This document shows, one piece after another, positions 13,515 to 25,705 of a stretch of 64,000 bases of DNA. Source of the DNA: Eledone cirrhosa (taxonomy: Eukaryota); contig OZ024741.1 of NCBI GenBank assembly GCA_964016885.1, positions 170,004,001-170,068,000 on the forward strand, in the 5' to 3' direction. The notes below the pieces were generated by a model, which was given only the letters and a program-made list of their open reading frames with translations, ran no database searches and was not told where the DNA came from. The translations under genes were made by a program, and so were the position numbers. Within the stretch, counting starts at the first letter, position 1. Each line of letters starts with the position of its first letter.

Positions 13515-13662
13515 TTGACTGGGAACTATGTTTTATCAATCCAGGAAAGATGAAAGGAAAAGTTGACCTCGACGGGATTTGAACTCCGAGGATCAAGAGC
13601 CGGGGAAATACTGCAATTGCATTTTATCCGACTGTCTACCAATTCTACCATTCCATCACCTC
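13515..13662 (-). mobile_element. Diverged Nin-SINE
   Basis: gatgaaaggaaaagttgacctcgacgggatttgaactc...aattctaccattccatcacc. Confidence 0.7.
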
Positions 13663-13973
13663 CATGCTTATTGAATATCAATTTACTTATGAAAGCAATG
13701 AATGTCTTTTAAAAGTGACATATTAATTTAACTGTTTGAACTCTACGTTGAAATGTCATCCAATTAAATATTATATTGTTCTCGAATTTAAGATATAAAT
13801 ATGAATGTAAGAACTAAAAATACATGCCCACACATATACTCACAACCACACAGGCATACGCATAGACACGCTAATGTATATGTAACAATATGCGTTTGTA
13901 TGTCTGAATGACATCGTATATGCTCTTTAAAACATACAAACAACCATTTCAAATATTTAATGATATTTAATTA

Positions 13974-14700
13974 CTAGCAGAATGACCCGGCGTTGCCCGG
14001 GCTTCTAAACATAGATTGGCACATTTATCCCTCCTTTCTGAAACAGTACAGAGAAATACGGAATACCTCGGCTTGGGGATGGTGTCTACATTTTGTACTT
14101 AGGCAAATAATTGTCCCTTAAGATTTTTCAAAAGCATGTAATTGCGTTCCCTCTCTTTTTTGTTGTTTTTGCTGCTGTTCGTGTGATAGCAGTCGCTGGT
14201 CATACTACTAACACAGTCTCGTCCTTTTTCAGCCAATCGTGTATATCCCCTTCTGCCTCGTCTACCTAAACAATGATTGTAGCATCTCCTTGTACACAAT
14301 GTTCCTTGTTCTTCTGTGTCGGGCTTATGCAAAGAGATTTGTCTTGCTTCCCATTCTTGAGCAGCCAACGTATAGTTGCCCGTGTGAAACATGACTCTTC
14401 CAAAAGAAGACCAGCAACAGCTAGGGTCTGACCCTGGGATTTGTTGATAGACATTGCAAAGCTGACACGGTTCGGCGAACGGTTCGTTGGTTTTCTGTTT
14501 CAAGTGCTCTTCTGGTGGCGGTACGTTCAGCATCTTGTGACCGTCGAATAGCAGATTCCACTGACGATTCGTTTGCCCGCCTTGTTCTTTTTCTTGTCGC
14601 TTTCCGCAGTATTTCGGCCAATGGAGTATCTCTTCCTTTGAGGCATGACCTAAAAGCAGGACGAAGTACACTAATACTAACTGGTAGAGTAAGGAGTAAA
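13974..14700 (-). mobile_element. Internally deleted Helitron (3' hairpin + CTAG end; Pif1 helicase C-terminal remnant)
   Basis: Minus-strand end cccgggcaacgccgggtcattctgCTAG|T; FAMSINKSQGQTLAVAGLLL (helicase motif V) joined to an Arg-rich N-terminal piece; 5' limit uncertain. Confidence 0.8.
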
Positions 14701-15414
14701 CTCGTCAGTGATGCATGTGATTTCCGAACCGTTGACTATGTAATTGCTGGCCTTGTGCCAAAAGTAGTGGGACATTTTGGGTGGCGTATCGGCAGTAACA
14801 GTGACGATAAGCCATCTGTGCTTTCGTGAAATAAATACGTTTTTCTATATTTTGTTTTTGTGTTTGCAAAAATATCTGTACACGAATATATAATTATATA
14901 TATATATATATATATATATTAAAATAAGAGATTAAAGTTTAAGCAAAGAATCGCTGCTTTCACCTTTAACGGGATCTTCTGAAACTAAAACAATCAATCT
15001 GTGAACGCAGAAGTAAATATTTCGAAAAACGTTGCAACTGAAGGAAAACAGGAAGACGATACTTTGGTTCGTGAAGACGTTCCCTGGCAATGAACGGAAA
15101 ATAGCGAAGATAATACGTCAGCAATGAGAACAATGTTTTCATAATGTCTTAATGCAGACAGCCAGACGTAGAGACATATATTATAAGGGCGCGACGTTAT
15201 AGCTATGTATCTATCTAAAAAGACAGACTAAGAGAGAGAGGGAGAGAGAGAGAGAGAGAGATCGCTAACCGGCGCCTAACAACAGAAAATTGAAAAATAA
15301 AAGCTGCAGTTAATATCTTTAGACCGCAAGGAATATATAAATGCAAGTTTGAAGTCAATCGGAGTAGAAAAGTGGATTTGTATAGAATTTGTATAGAATT
15401 TGCAAACATACACA

Positions 15415-15549
<135 letters not shown>

Positions 15550-15799
15550 AGAGAGGCAATTTCAGTTATATATATATATGTATAGATACTGAGTTATATA
15601 TTTACATAATATGTAACATAATAATAAATATTCGCCAGGAGAAACCGTAGATCAGCTATAATTACATATTATTAATTGATTTCATCCGGCTACAATTATG
15701 ATATCAAACGCATCGATCTCTCTTCTGTCTGCAAAGGCCTGATAAGATCATGATTCCTGCTCTCACTCACCCCATCTGGGTGATTAATAATAGTAATAA

Positions 15800-16600
15800 T
15801 AATTGTTTCTACTATTGGCACAAGGCCAGCAATAACCAGTACATTACTGGTACTTTATTTTATCGACCCCGTAAGGATGAAAGGCAAAGTTAACCTCGGC
15901 GGGATTTGAACTCAGTATGGCAAGGGCCGTAACTCCATGCGTCAAAGCATGGCGTCCGACCCTCTACCGATACTGCCAATTCCCCGCCCTTAATGTTTTC
16001 TTATATAGGCACAAGGTCAGCAATGTTTTGGTGTTTAAATCAAACGCAGTGCATTACTGGTACTTTATTTCATCGACCCCGTAAAGATGAAAGGCAAAGT
16101 TAACCTCGGCGGGATTTGAACTCAGAACTTAAAGAACCATAAATCTATGCCGCAAAGCATAGTGCCTGGTGCTCTACCGATACTGTCAATACACCGCCCT
16201 TAATAATAGTAATAATAGTTGTTTCTACTTTTGGCACCAGACCAGCAATTACCCCAGTGCATTACTGGTACTTTATTTTATTGATCCCGTAAGGATGAAA
16301 GGCAAAGTTAACCTTAGCAGGATTTGAACTCACACAGTAAAGGACTGTAACTCTATGCTGCAAAGCATGGCGTCCGACCCTCTACCGATAGTGTCAATCT
16401 ACCTGGTTTCTGATTTAGACACAAGGCCAACCATTCTGGGGAAAGGAAAAATCGATTAAATCGACCTCAGTGCATTACTGTTGCTTTATTTTATCGACCT
16501 TGTAAGGATGAAAGGCAAAGATAACATCGGCGGGATTTGAACTCAGAACGTAAAGGGCCGTAACTCTATGCTGTAAAGAATGTTGTCGACGCTTTACCTC
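15800..16600 (-). mobile_element. Head-to-tail array of four Nin-SINE copies
   Basis: Units about 15800-15990, 16000-16200, 16218-16402 and 16405-16600, each with aggatgaaaggcaaag..aacctcggcgggatttgaactca. Confidence 0.88.
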
Positions 16601-16609
16601 TCTGTCCCC

Positions 16610-17640
16610 CCAGTATACAAATGTACAACGTAACTGGGACGACATCAAATGCGGGTCTTCCTTCAGGTGCAAAGAGTCCAACACCGACTCACCTGCTTCC
16701 GATCTGCTTCCCAACCAAACAGCAGTGCGTGGATCATTTTGGTTCCTTCCTGAGCCACCCTGTACCCTTCTTGATGACGAATGCATTCACATCTGAGTAG
16801 CCCAACGCCTCGGCCTCCACGCATGTGAACCACATAAATGCCGTATGGGGCTGTCGTTGAATGTTTAGCCTGCACCCACTGTTATGCTGCCACAGCGCAG
16901 GCCGTTTCCCCCGTCATGCCGTTCTCAACGACAGAAGGAGCCTGGATGCAGCTGATTTCTCATCACAACTGGAGCCAGTAGGCATCTACCGCGGAGACAG
17001 CAAGCACCCCGACGGAATTACCCTCTTTTCTTTCGAAGGAGGTAGATCCCTCAACTGGAAAGCCACATATTGTGACACGTTCTTCACCTCCAACTCAGTC
17101 GCTTCGGCCAAAAATCTTTGTACAAAAATCCTGCAATGCAGAAGGAAGAAAGACAAAAGAATACCGGAGACTGTCTGGGCGGTTCTTATTCGCACAGGTC
17201 GCCGTTGAAACCTCAGGAGTCCTCGGATCCCATACTACAGAGCTCTTCCTTTAGATCGGAACGTCAGTAGCCCGTCTGAGGTAGAAGCACAGCCGCACCC
17301 TAGGCCTATCACCCAGCACCCTCTCTCCTTACCCTCCCTTTCTTCTGTGGCCAAAGAGTCCTTGTTTTTCTTCTCTCTTTACCCTCATTTATGACATTTA
17401 TAGTCCTTTCCTCTTCTTTCCCATACTGCCAGATCTGCTCTACTTTACCCCTTCCCCTTTTTTTCATTACTTAATTTTGCTTTTATCTTTCTTTTTCATA
17501 TTCATGTAATCATCAATGATTTTTAAGCCAATTTTGTGAACATTTGGAATGTTATTTATACAACTGTGAATAATAATAAAAATATTCTCTTAAAAAAAAA
17601 CACGAAAACAAAAAAAAAACAAAAAAAAAACATCAACATA
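16610..17640 (+). mobile_element. CRE-like non-LTR retrotransposon 3' fragment (RLE domain, 3'UTR, A-rich tail)
   Basis: HPLLCCHSAGRFPRHAVLND...LEPVGIYRGDSKHPDGITLFSFEGGRSLNWKATYCDT...AEGRKTKEY...VAVETSGVLG; A-rich tail at 17592-17630. Confidence 0.7.
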
Positions 17641-17925
17641 AATTAGTGAATATGAAACATAATTTTCTACAAAACGTAAAATGAAAATTTCTTAAGAATT
17701 TTCATTCGAAGTACGGCAAATCACGAAAATTGAATAAATAGAAAAAGTCAGGAAAGACACTTATTCTTTTAAATGTAATTATATATGCTTCTAAATTCTA
17801 TTTATATTTTAAATTATTATTATAATTATTATTAAAATTATTTCTTCTCTAAAACTAAATATAAAATGAGTCATGGTTCGAATAAATTGTTTCAGTATAT
17901 TCCATGTTTGCTAAAAATACTCTCG

Positions 17926-17971
<46 letters not shown>

Positions 17972-18050
17972 ACACATGCATACACACACGCATACACACA
18001 CACACACACACACATACATACCCACACACACACACACACACACAGACATG

Positions 18051-18091
<41 letters not shown>

Positions 18092-18451
18092 GCGCACAAA
18101 AACATACACATATGCATCGGCGCGCGCACACACACACATATACAAACACTTATTTATATATATATGAAAATAATTATGGTGTACTAAGTACAACAGCCTC
18201 TAACACAGCAAAGACTAAAAGTTTTGCAAGGTTAAATGTATGACAATGTCTTGTAGTTGTCGTTTGGGCGTAGATCTTTGGTTGTAGATGATGAAACTAC
18301 TAGGCACTGTCCGGCATCGACATTTCCAGAGACAAACATGCACCCACTCGAATGCGTACATGCACACGTACATACTGACACACACACACACGCACACATA
18401 TCCACAGATACGTGAGTCCCCCTCTCTCTCTTACAAACACACAAACACACA

Positions 18452-18493
<42 letters not shown>

Positions 18494-18497
<4 letters not shown>

Positions 18498-18593
18498 ATG
18501 TCCCCACAAATGTATACACACTTTGATTACCCGTACCAACAATATTTAGTAGAATGTTGTTGAAGTGTGAATACATTGTTTTGAGACACCCTG
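18494..18593. mobile_element. ~100-bp Tc1/mariner-type MITE
   Basis: TIRs caggatgtccccacaaatgtatacacactt / aagtgtgaatacattgttttgagacaccctg, followed by TA. Confidence 0.65.
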
Positions 18594-18724
18594 TATGTGT
18601 TTCTGTATTCTATCTTTGTTCACTAGTGAGTGTTTATATGTGTTTGTTGTTATGGTATTTGTGTATATATTTATTTATTTATTTATTTATGTCTCTATTA
18701 CCGCCATGTCTTAGTCTGGGGTGT

Positions 18725-19720
18725 TCATGTAGTACTGAACGGATTTTTTTTTTGTCCTTTTAGTTCCCCCCAGTGTTGGTGTATTCTTTCTCCTATGCTT
18801 CGAGCTGTCTCACCTATGTATGTCGTTGTCATGTTTCTGCAAGTGACCTCTGTACATCTTATGCTATAGACTACATTTCTAGCTTTACAATTTATCGGGG
18901 CGCTCATTCTACATATAACACATTTCTTATTCGTACAGTGAGTTTTCTTAAAGGGGTATGTCTTGATGATCAGGCATTTTATGATAGTTTCTGGTTTTTC
19001 TACTACTTTAATCTTTAGATCGGTCTTTCTTAGGGTCATTCTACATTGCTTAGCTCCAGAGGTAGCATCCACGAACATGACCCTCTGGTATGTATGGTTG
19101 TCGTACCATGAAGTGGCTTTCCCTATCTTATGTTTAGTCCTATCTAAGCTATTCCATGATTTGCTTGTGTATAATGGGTAAATTCCTTTCATGTCCATTT
19201 CTATGAGGGTCTTATATTTCTCCGTGGTTCCTTTGGATACTCTGATTCTGTCTCTTTGGTTGTAGCCAGAGAACTGCATGCGGTTGAAGTATTGGACGTG
19301 TCTTTCCATTTCAGTTGGGTCGCACATTCTTCATCACTCGTACCAAGTCTGCGATCAGAATGTTAAACTTAGCACTATTGGACATTGCTGAGATTTTGAG
19401 TATCAGGTATTTGGAGGCCATAGGTTTAACATAGTGTGAGTGGAGAATTTGGGCCCTCTCGTCTATAGTGTTTAACCAGAGTTCCGTGTCTAATACTGAT
19501 AGTCTATTGTTAGGGTGTTTGGAAGGGTAGTCAACAGTTACAGTTATACTCTGGTGTATGGAGTTAGCTATCTGCTGTATGCTCGCCATTGTGCTATTTT
19601 CTAATTCAGGTTTATTGATATTCTCTTGTGGGAGTGTTCTTATTACTATATTAATATCGTCAATGAAACGAGAGTACATGGCGAGGGCAATGGAGTTCTC
19701 TTCTAGGAGTTCTCTGAGTC
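18725..19720 (-). pseudogene. Penelope-like element fragment (RT C-terminus + GIY-YIG endonuclease), frameshifted
   Basis: YSRFIDDI, LSVLDTEL, HYVKPM, then C..C..C linker, NVVYSIRC and YIGETARSIGERIHQH. Confidence 0.88.
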
Positions 19721-19912
19721 TCCTCTCCTACCATACATATAAGACCTAATTGTGGAGAGAAGCACTGAACTCTATCAGTCTACATACATAAATTCTTTTT
19801 GACAACACGACAGGGATTTGTAGTTGACCGGCTAACTAATCTGCTCACACTACTACCATTACAACCACAGTGAAGTAGGTCAATCGGACTAGAACATGCA
19901 ATTAAAAGCAAT

Positions 19913-20095
19913 AATTGTTTCTACGTTAGACACAAGGCCAGCAATTACCCAGTGTATTACTGGTACTTTATTTTATCGACCCCGTAAGGATGAAAGGCAA
20001 AGTTAACCTCGGCGGGATTTGAACTCAGAATGGCAAGGGCCGTAACTCTATGCGTCAAAGCATGGCGTCCGACCCTCTACCAATACTGCCAATCT
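19913..20095 (-). mobile_element. Nin-SINE, full length
   Basis: Near-identical to 15800-15990. Confidence 0.88.
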
Positions 20096-20338
20096 AAAAG
20101 CAATAATAACAGGCTGACCTGTTTCTGAAGAATTTCAGTAGACTTTTGGCTGGGGGAGGAATGATATCTGACCAATGAGGTGGGGCATATCCTTTGGACG
20201 CTGAAATTCGTTCATTCTTTATCATGTTTCCAGTTCCTTAGAGAACTAACAACACACGCAGGAGCTGGAAATATCAACGAATTAACACGGTAAAATCAAT
20301 TACATCATGTTTTCCTGTTTTTTCTGTTTAAATTCTTA

Positions 20339-20395
20339 CTGCCTGATGAGGTCATAGCTGTTGAATAATGGCTGCCACTGAAATATATATAGCAG
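20339..20395 (+). ncRNA. Minimal hammerhead ribozyme motif (canonical core)
   Basis: ctgc-CTGATGA-ggtca tagctgtt gaat aatggctg ccact-GAAA-tatata-TA-gcag. Confidence 0.72.
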
Positions 20396-20929
20396 CGAAT
20401 GTGAATAAACGAAGCCAATTTTACCCTGTTAAACTTACACTTCTTATTTTTACATTATTCTGGAGTAAACAAACCGACATGTGCACTTCGTTGAGTGTTC
20501 CAACCTGCATACTGAGGTGTCGGTAAACAACCAACACATACTCAAAATTATATGATAAACTGCAGACACAGAATACAGCAGTCTTTCTTCGGATGGGAAG
20601 GGACAGAGACCTGAAAACCATAAACTGGGCCCCCCTGCACCAAACCATAACACTCCGGTGGATAGGCTGCGCAAATAAACATCTGTACACCAACTATGCA
20701 TCTCAGACCCTGCCTGAATTGACAATAGTAAAGTAGCACCCACAAATTAGTAATGGAAAACCACCATCATGTGAACGGGTAATAAGCCCTTTGGGGACAA
20801 TTATTCAAACACCGGCCAGAGTTACTCCCCTTGCTCTGTGTCAATAACAACGTGTATGTTTGAACTAAGAATGAACTTTGATGTATGTATCACCTTAAAA
20901 CTCCTTCTGGGTCCTGTACTGAACACTCT

Positions 20930-21192
20930 GAAGTTTTCTATGCCCTTGAGAAGCCCTTTTCGGGCGAAACGTACGTAGGTGCTTTTATATAAACATGTTC
21001 TGACAGTATATATTCTCCTTTGTAATCCTTTCATTTGTAACTGCTCTGCTTATTTTCTCGCCCGCTAAATATTAACGCTTCCAATATTTAACCATGTAGG
21101 CACAAGTATTGAGCACAAATGCACAACCTTTTGGCAACTAACTATATGTATCGCTTATCCCTTTAAACCTCTTCTTCTCTCTCACGATACTT
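20930..21192 (+). mobile_element. Penelope-like pLTR fragment, homologous to 29715-29982
   Basis: Shared tgctctgctta..ctaaatattaa..ttc.aatatttaacc.tgt..gcacaag.at.gagcacaa...tctctcacgatact downstream of a hammerhead motif. Confidence 0.65.
20941..20982 (+). ncRNA. Minimal hammerhead motif, U3-A8 covariant core
   Basis: cc-TTGAGAA-gccc ttttc gggc-GAAA-cgtacg(palindrome)-TA-gg; stem I weak. Confidence 0.6.
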
Positions 21193-21194
21193 AA

Positions 21195-21306
<112 letters not shown>

Positions 21307-22108
21307 GTTCTATGTAAGTGTGCTTGTGTGTATGTGTGTTTGTACCTGTGTGTATATATATACCAATGCGGACACACTATCCTGAAGATAGTGTATTTTG
21401 CGCTGATATTCTTACACATTACCATAATATATATGTAATGGAATTAGTAATGGAAAATGCAGCGCATCGTGTTATACTTGTGAAGGCAAGTGAATGTGTG
21501 ATTTATCGATGGAAGGTTTTTCCATTTATTGGATGTGTAATGGATTATGATTTGCCTTGCGAAAAATTGATCTCTCCCTTCCTTTTCTTTACATTATGTG
21601 TTGTGTTCTTATTTTCGTCCTCCCTTGCAGATTAGGCTCTCTTCTCTCATTATGCCGTATTAGGAGTGAGTAAATGGCGATGGAATCATTCATTTTCTTT
21701 GATATGTCTCTTGTGTGCATTATTTCCTTTAAGTTAATGTTATTTTGACATTGTTGAATTTCCACGGATCTCGTAACCTGTGAACATATCTGAAGAAACT
21801 GGTAATTCGTTTTTTTTTCAATAAAAATCGGCTTATGGTTAATGGAAAGAAAGCAACAGTACTCTTGTGTTCATATGTAAATTTCTATTTCTCATTCGAA
21901 GTGTTTAAGGTTATTTCGTTTCCAGTTGAAATAACTTCAGTTTGTAGTATTGTGCACACTTCTTATTTTCACTCGTAATTTCATGTATCCGAGACATTTT
22001 TCAGGTGAATGTTAATATCGCCACGTTATCTTGATGAATTATGTTATGGAGGCCATATTTAGATGGCATTACTGTAGCTAATAGGAATTAATCTGATGTG
22101 TACTTTCA

Positions 22109-22168
22109 TCTATATATAATATAAAAGAGAGATGTTTATTGCTTGGTTGGCTGGTTGGTTGTACGAAA

Positions 22169-22248
<80 letters not shown>

Positions 22249-22355
22249 TACACACACATCTAAAGAGAAAGAGACACGCACAGGGAGAGGAGGAGAGAGA
22301 GAGTGTGAGAGAGGCCGTTATACAGAGAGATATACAATTAAAGTGTTAGATATTC

Positions 22356-22396
<41 letters not shown>

Positions 22397-23451
22397 CGTC
22401 CCACAAAATTCTTTGATTTACAGAACAAAGAAAACATTGATACGATTTGAAATGAATCTACGGTGTATACTAAGTTAGCTTTTTGAGGATAGAGTCATGT
22501 TATTAATGACAGAGTGTCATCCTATTTTCTAAGGCTGCTATTTGCATTTATTTCGACTTTTTTTTATATGGTTTTGTATTGTTTTGTTTTCACGATATTT
22601 TCCAAAAAAATTAATTTCATCATGTCATCAAAACACCGCTCATCTATCGGTGGGATGGGGGGTAGGGGGTTTATAATGTCAGCCAAACGATTGAAATCTT
22701 CAAACCTGGGAATAAAGGGACAAGTAAACATTGTGACATTCAGCAGAATATGGTACAGAAAGGTTAAGACATCAAACAGTGATTGTAACTTTCTGAAAGT
22801 GTACAGAACCTGATGTCTCAGATTAAGGCCAGAAGAAAAACTCGCAACAATCAGAGGTTTAATATGAAAATCACCAAGAAGCAATGAGAGTTGTGATGCA
22901 AACTCGACGAGCACAAAGGACTCTTCAGGGCAGAATAAACTGGCTAAGAGCTGTGTTTTCATATGATCCAACGAATAGAAATGATCCTAAAGTCACAATT
23001 GGTAGCATGGATATTACACTTGGCATGTGTTGCTTAGGAGGAAAAGTCAGACTTCCACTGATAAAGGACCCTCCAGCTTATATCCATATATTGCTTACAG
23101 ACCATATTAACGAAGCTGAACACTTCGGAAGCAATGTTATGCGGTATATTGCTGCGTTTCAGATGACGTTCTTTGGAGAAAAAGATCGTACTGACTATGG
23201 TTATTTCACAACATTTAAAATCCAAGGCCAATGCTACCATTTAATCGGCAGTTTACTCTCCCAGTATATTAAGAACATTTTATGATTGTTTTTTTATGCC
23301 CCCTCCCCCCTCTCTCTCTCTCACACATACACGCACACATTACGGTCTCACCTCATACTGTAAACCAGACAACACATCCAATACATTCGTTTTCTCTTTT
23401 ATCCGCATCCTCTTAACTGTTCTAGCGGGCGAAGCCGGGTACCTCAGCTAG
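22109..23451 (+). mobile_element. Non-autonomous Helitron with RepHel N-terminal remnant
   Basis: A|TCtatatataatataaaag start; end gcgggcgaagccgggtacctcagCTAG|T; ORF 22884-23285 GMCCLGGKVRLP...PP...AFQMTFFG...FKIQGQCYHLIGSLL. Confidence 0.82.
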
Positions 23452-23686
23452 TATATTATAATTTCAGATGTTATTTTTACGATGTACATAAGATTAAGTG
23501 AGATAATATATAAAATTCCCTCAGTTAATAAGAATTACAGAATACATCAATTTAACCTAAATTGAATTAAATTAAACTGAATCAAACTAAATGAAATCTA
23601 ATCAATATCACTGCTCATTCATATATGTACGTATGTGTGTATTTATGTATGTATTTATGTATGTTTGTATGAATGTATGCATGATT

Positions 23687-24115
23687 GGCGAGGAGGGTGA
23701 TATTTGGACACCCTGCGGGATGTAATACAAGACTGGCAAAGGGCGGAGGAACTCAGCAGAGTCAACGGCCATCCAAATAGTACTTTTTATTTTCACCTGT
23801 GAGTGAAAGGCCCCCAGTTGTTATCACAACACCTTTCTAGGAGAGGGAAACCCTGAAAAAAACTGCGGCTTCGGAAGCATCCGATAATGTTGACCAGTTC
23901 TCCTCTTCGGGTAGTGTTTTCGATGCTCAGAGAGTGGGATTGGTCGAGTGTAAGGCCTTTCTCCACTTAAAACCCTTCAAAACACAGACATTGCTTGTTC
24001 AGGATATGTTACAGGTTTGTGTGGCTGGCCGTAGCCTAAAAGTACACCAAACTCTATAATCTGACAAGCGATTTCAGTACTCCTAGCAGAGTTTGCAGCC
24101 ATCATGTATGTATGT
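23687..24115 (+). mobile_element. Non-autonomous RTE-related element with (TGTA)n tail
   Basis: Homologous to 895-1055 including ctaggagagggaaaccctga; ends catgtatgtatgtat. Confidence 0.5.
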
Positions 24116-24180
24116 ATACACACACATATATTTATGAACTTACATGCATACACACATACACTGACACATACACACATACA

Positions 24181-24244
<64 letters not shown>

Positions 24245-24905
24245 TGTGTGCGCGTGTGTGTGATGTGTTAACGATTTAAAAAATGGGAAGTTTACAAATT
24301 GGGGTAGAACTCAATATATATTTAATTGTAGAGTAAGTAGGAAGATATAGTATAACATGCCTTTCCTTTGGGATTATACCGTGGTATTAAAGGTAGCCTT
24401 AGTAGTGATCATGATGGACAAGAGAAAGGTGATGGCAGTGTTTTTAGTGATGTATTGTTGTTAGTCATGATGGTGATAGTGGCGGTGGTATTGGTACAGA
24501 TGTTGGTAAGGTATGATAGATGAGTTCCTTAAATACATGTGAGATTATGTATTTTAGCAGATAATAATACGCACTCAAACCCACCCACACCACATACATA
24601 CACACATACACACACATATACACATACACATACACACACCCCGACACATGGTGTTGCTGGTGTTACTGCTCGTGATGATAGAAGTGGTTCTGTTGAAGTT
24701 GGTAGTGCTGATTTCGTTGTGTCGGTGGATTTGTTGATGTTCCTGGAGGTGTTGTTGGCGTTGGTGTTGGTTGTGGGATTGAGGTAGTTGTTGCTGCAGA
24801 TGTTGGCGAGTTATGATAGATGAGTTCCTTAAATAACCGTGGATTATATATATATTTCAACAGATAACAAGCACACACACACACAGACGTTGAGAGAGAG
24901 AGAGA

Positions 24906-24995
<90 letters not shown>

Positions 24996-25592
24996 CACCG
25001 ATGGCAACCCTCATACTGATACTCAGCTACATACACATACACAAATACACTCACACAAACATCACAAACACACTCTTAACCGACACAAACACACATGAAC
25101 GCAAACACATATAGAGACATACATTGAAACACATGTAGACACATACGCACACACTATGCCGAGCAAATACAAACTGTGATACAGACATAGACACATATTG
25201 CCACCTGCCCACTGGCACTCACAGATATCTAATCTGCACATATTGACACATACACTGTTGTTGATAGACACACAGATGCACACACATATATACTCACACA
25301 CGCACAGTTATACACACACACACATGCACAAACACATAAACTCGCATTCACCGAGACATATGCCACACGCATACATACACACAGAAATGCAAACCACATT
25401 CACAGAAACGCACACATGCAGAATCACACTGTGGTACAACACATAGACACGCGTACACTGCCACATTTACAGCACACATGCACAGAACAAAACCACATAA
25501 TTACATATCACAGAAAAATAGTTGAAGAGGCTGACATAAAAGCAATCTATTCTTGTTATTGTTACAAGGCAAATTGATATATGAAACTAAAA

Positions 25593-25691
<99 letters not shown>

Positions 25692-25705
25692 TGTTGTTGT
25701 TGTTG
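25593..25705. repeat. (ACT)n(AGT)n self-complementary microsatellite
   Basis: About 16 ACT units directly followed by about 17 AGT units. Confidence 0.92.
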
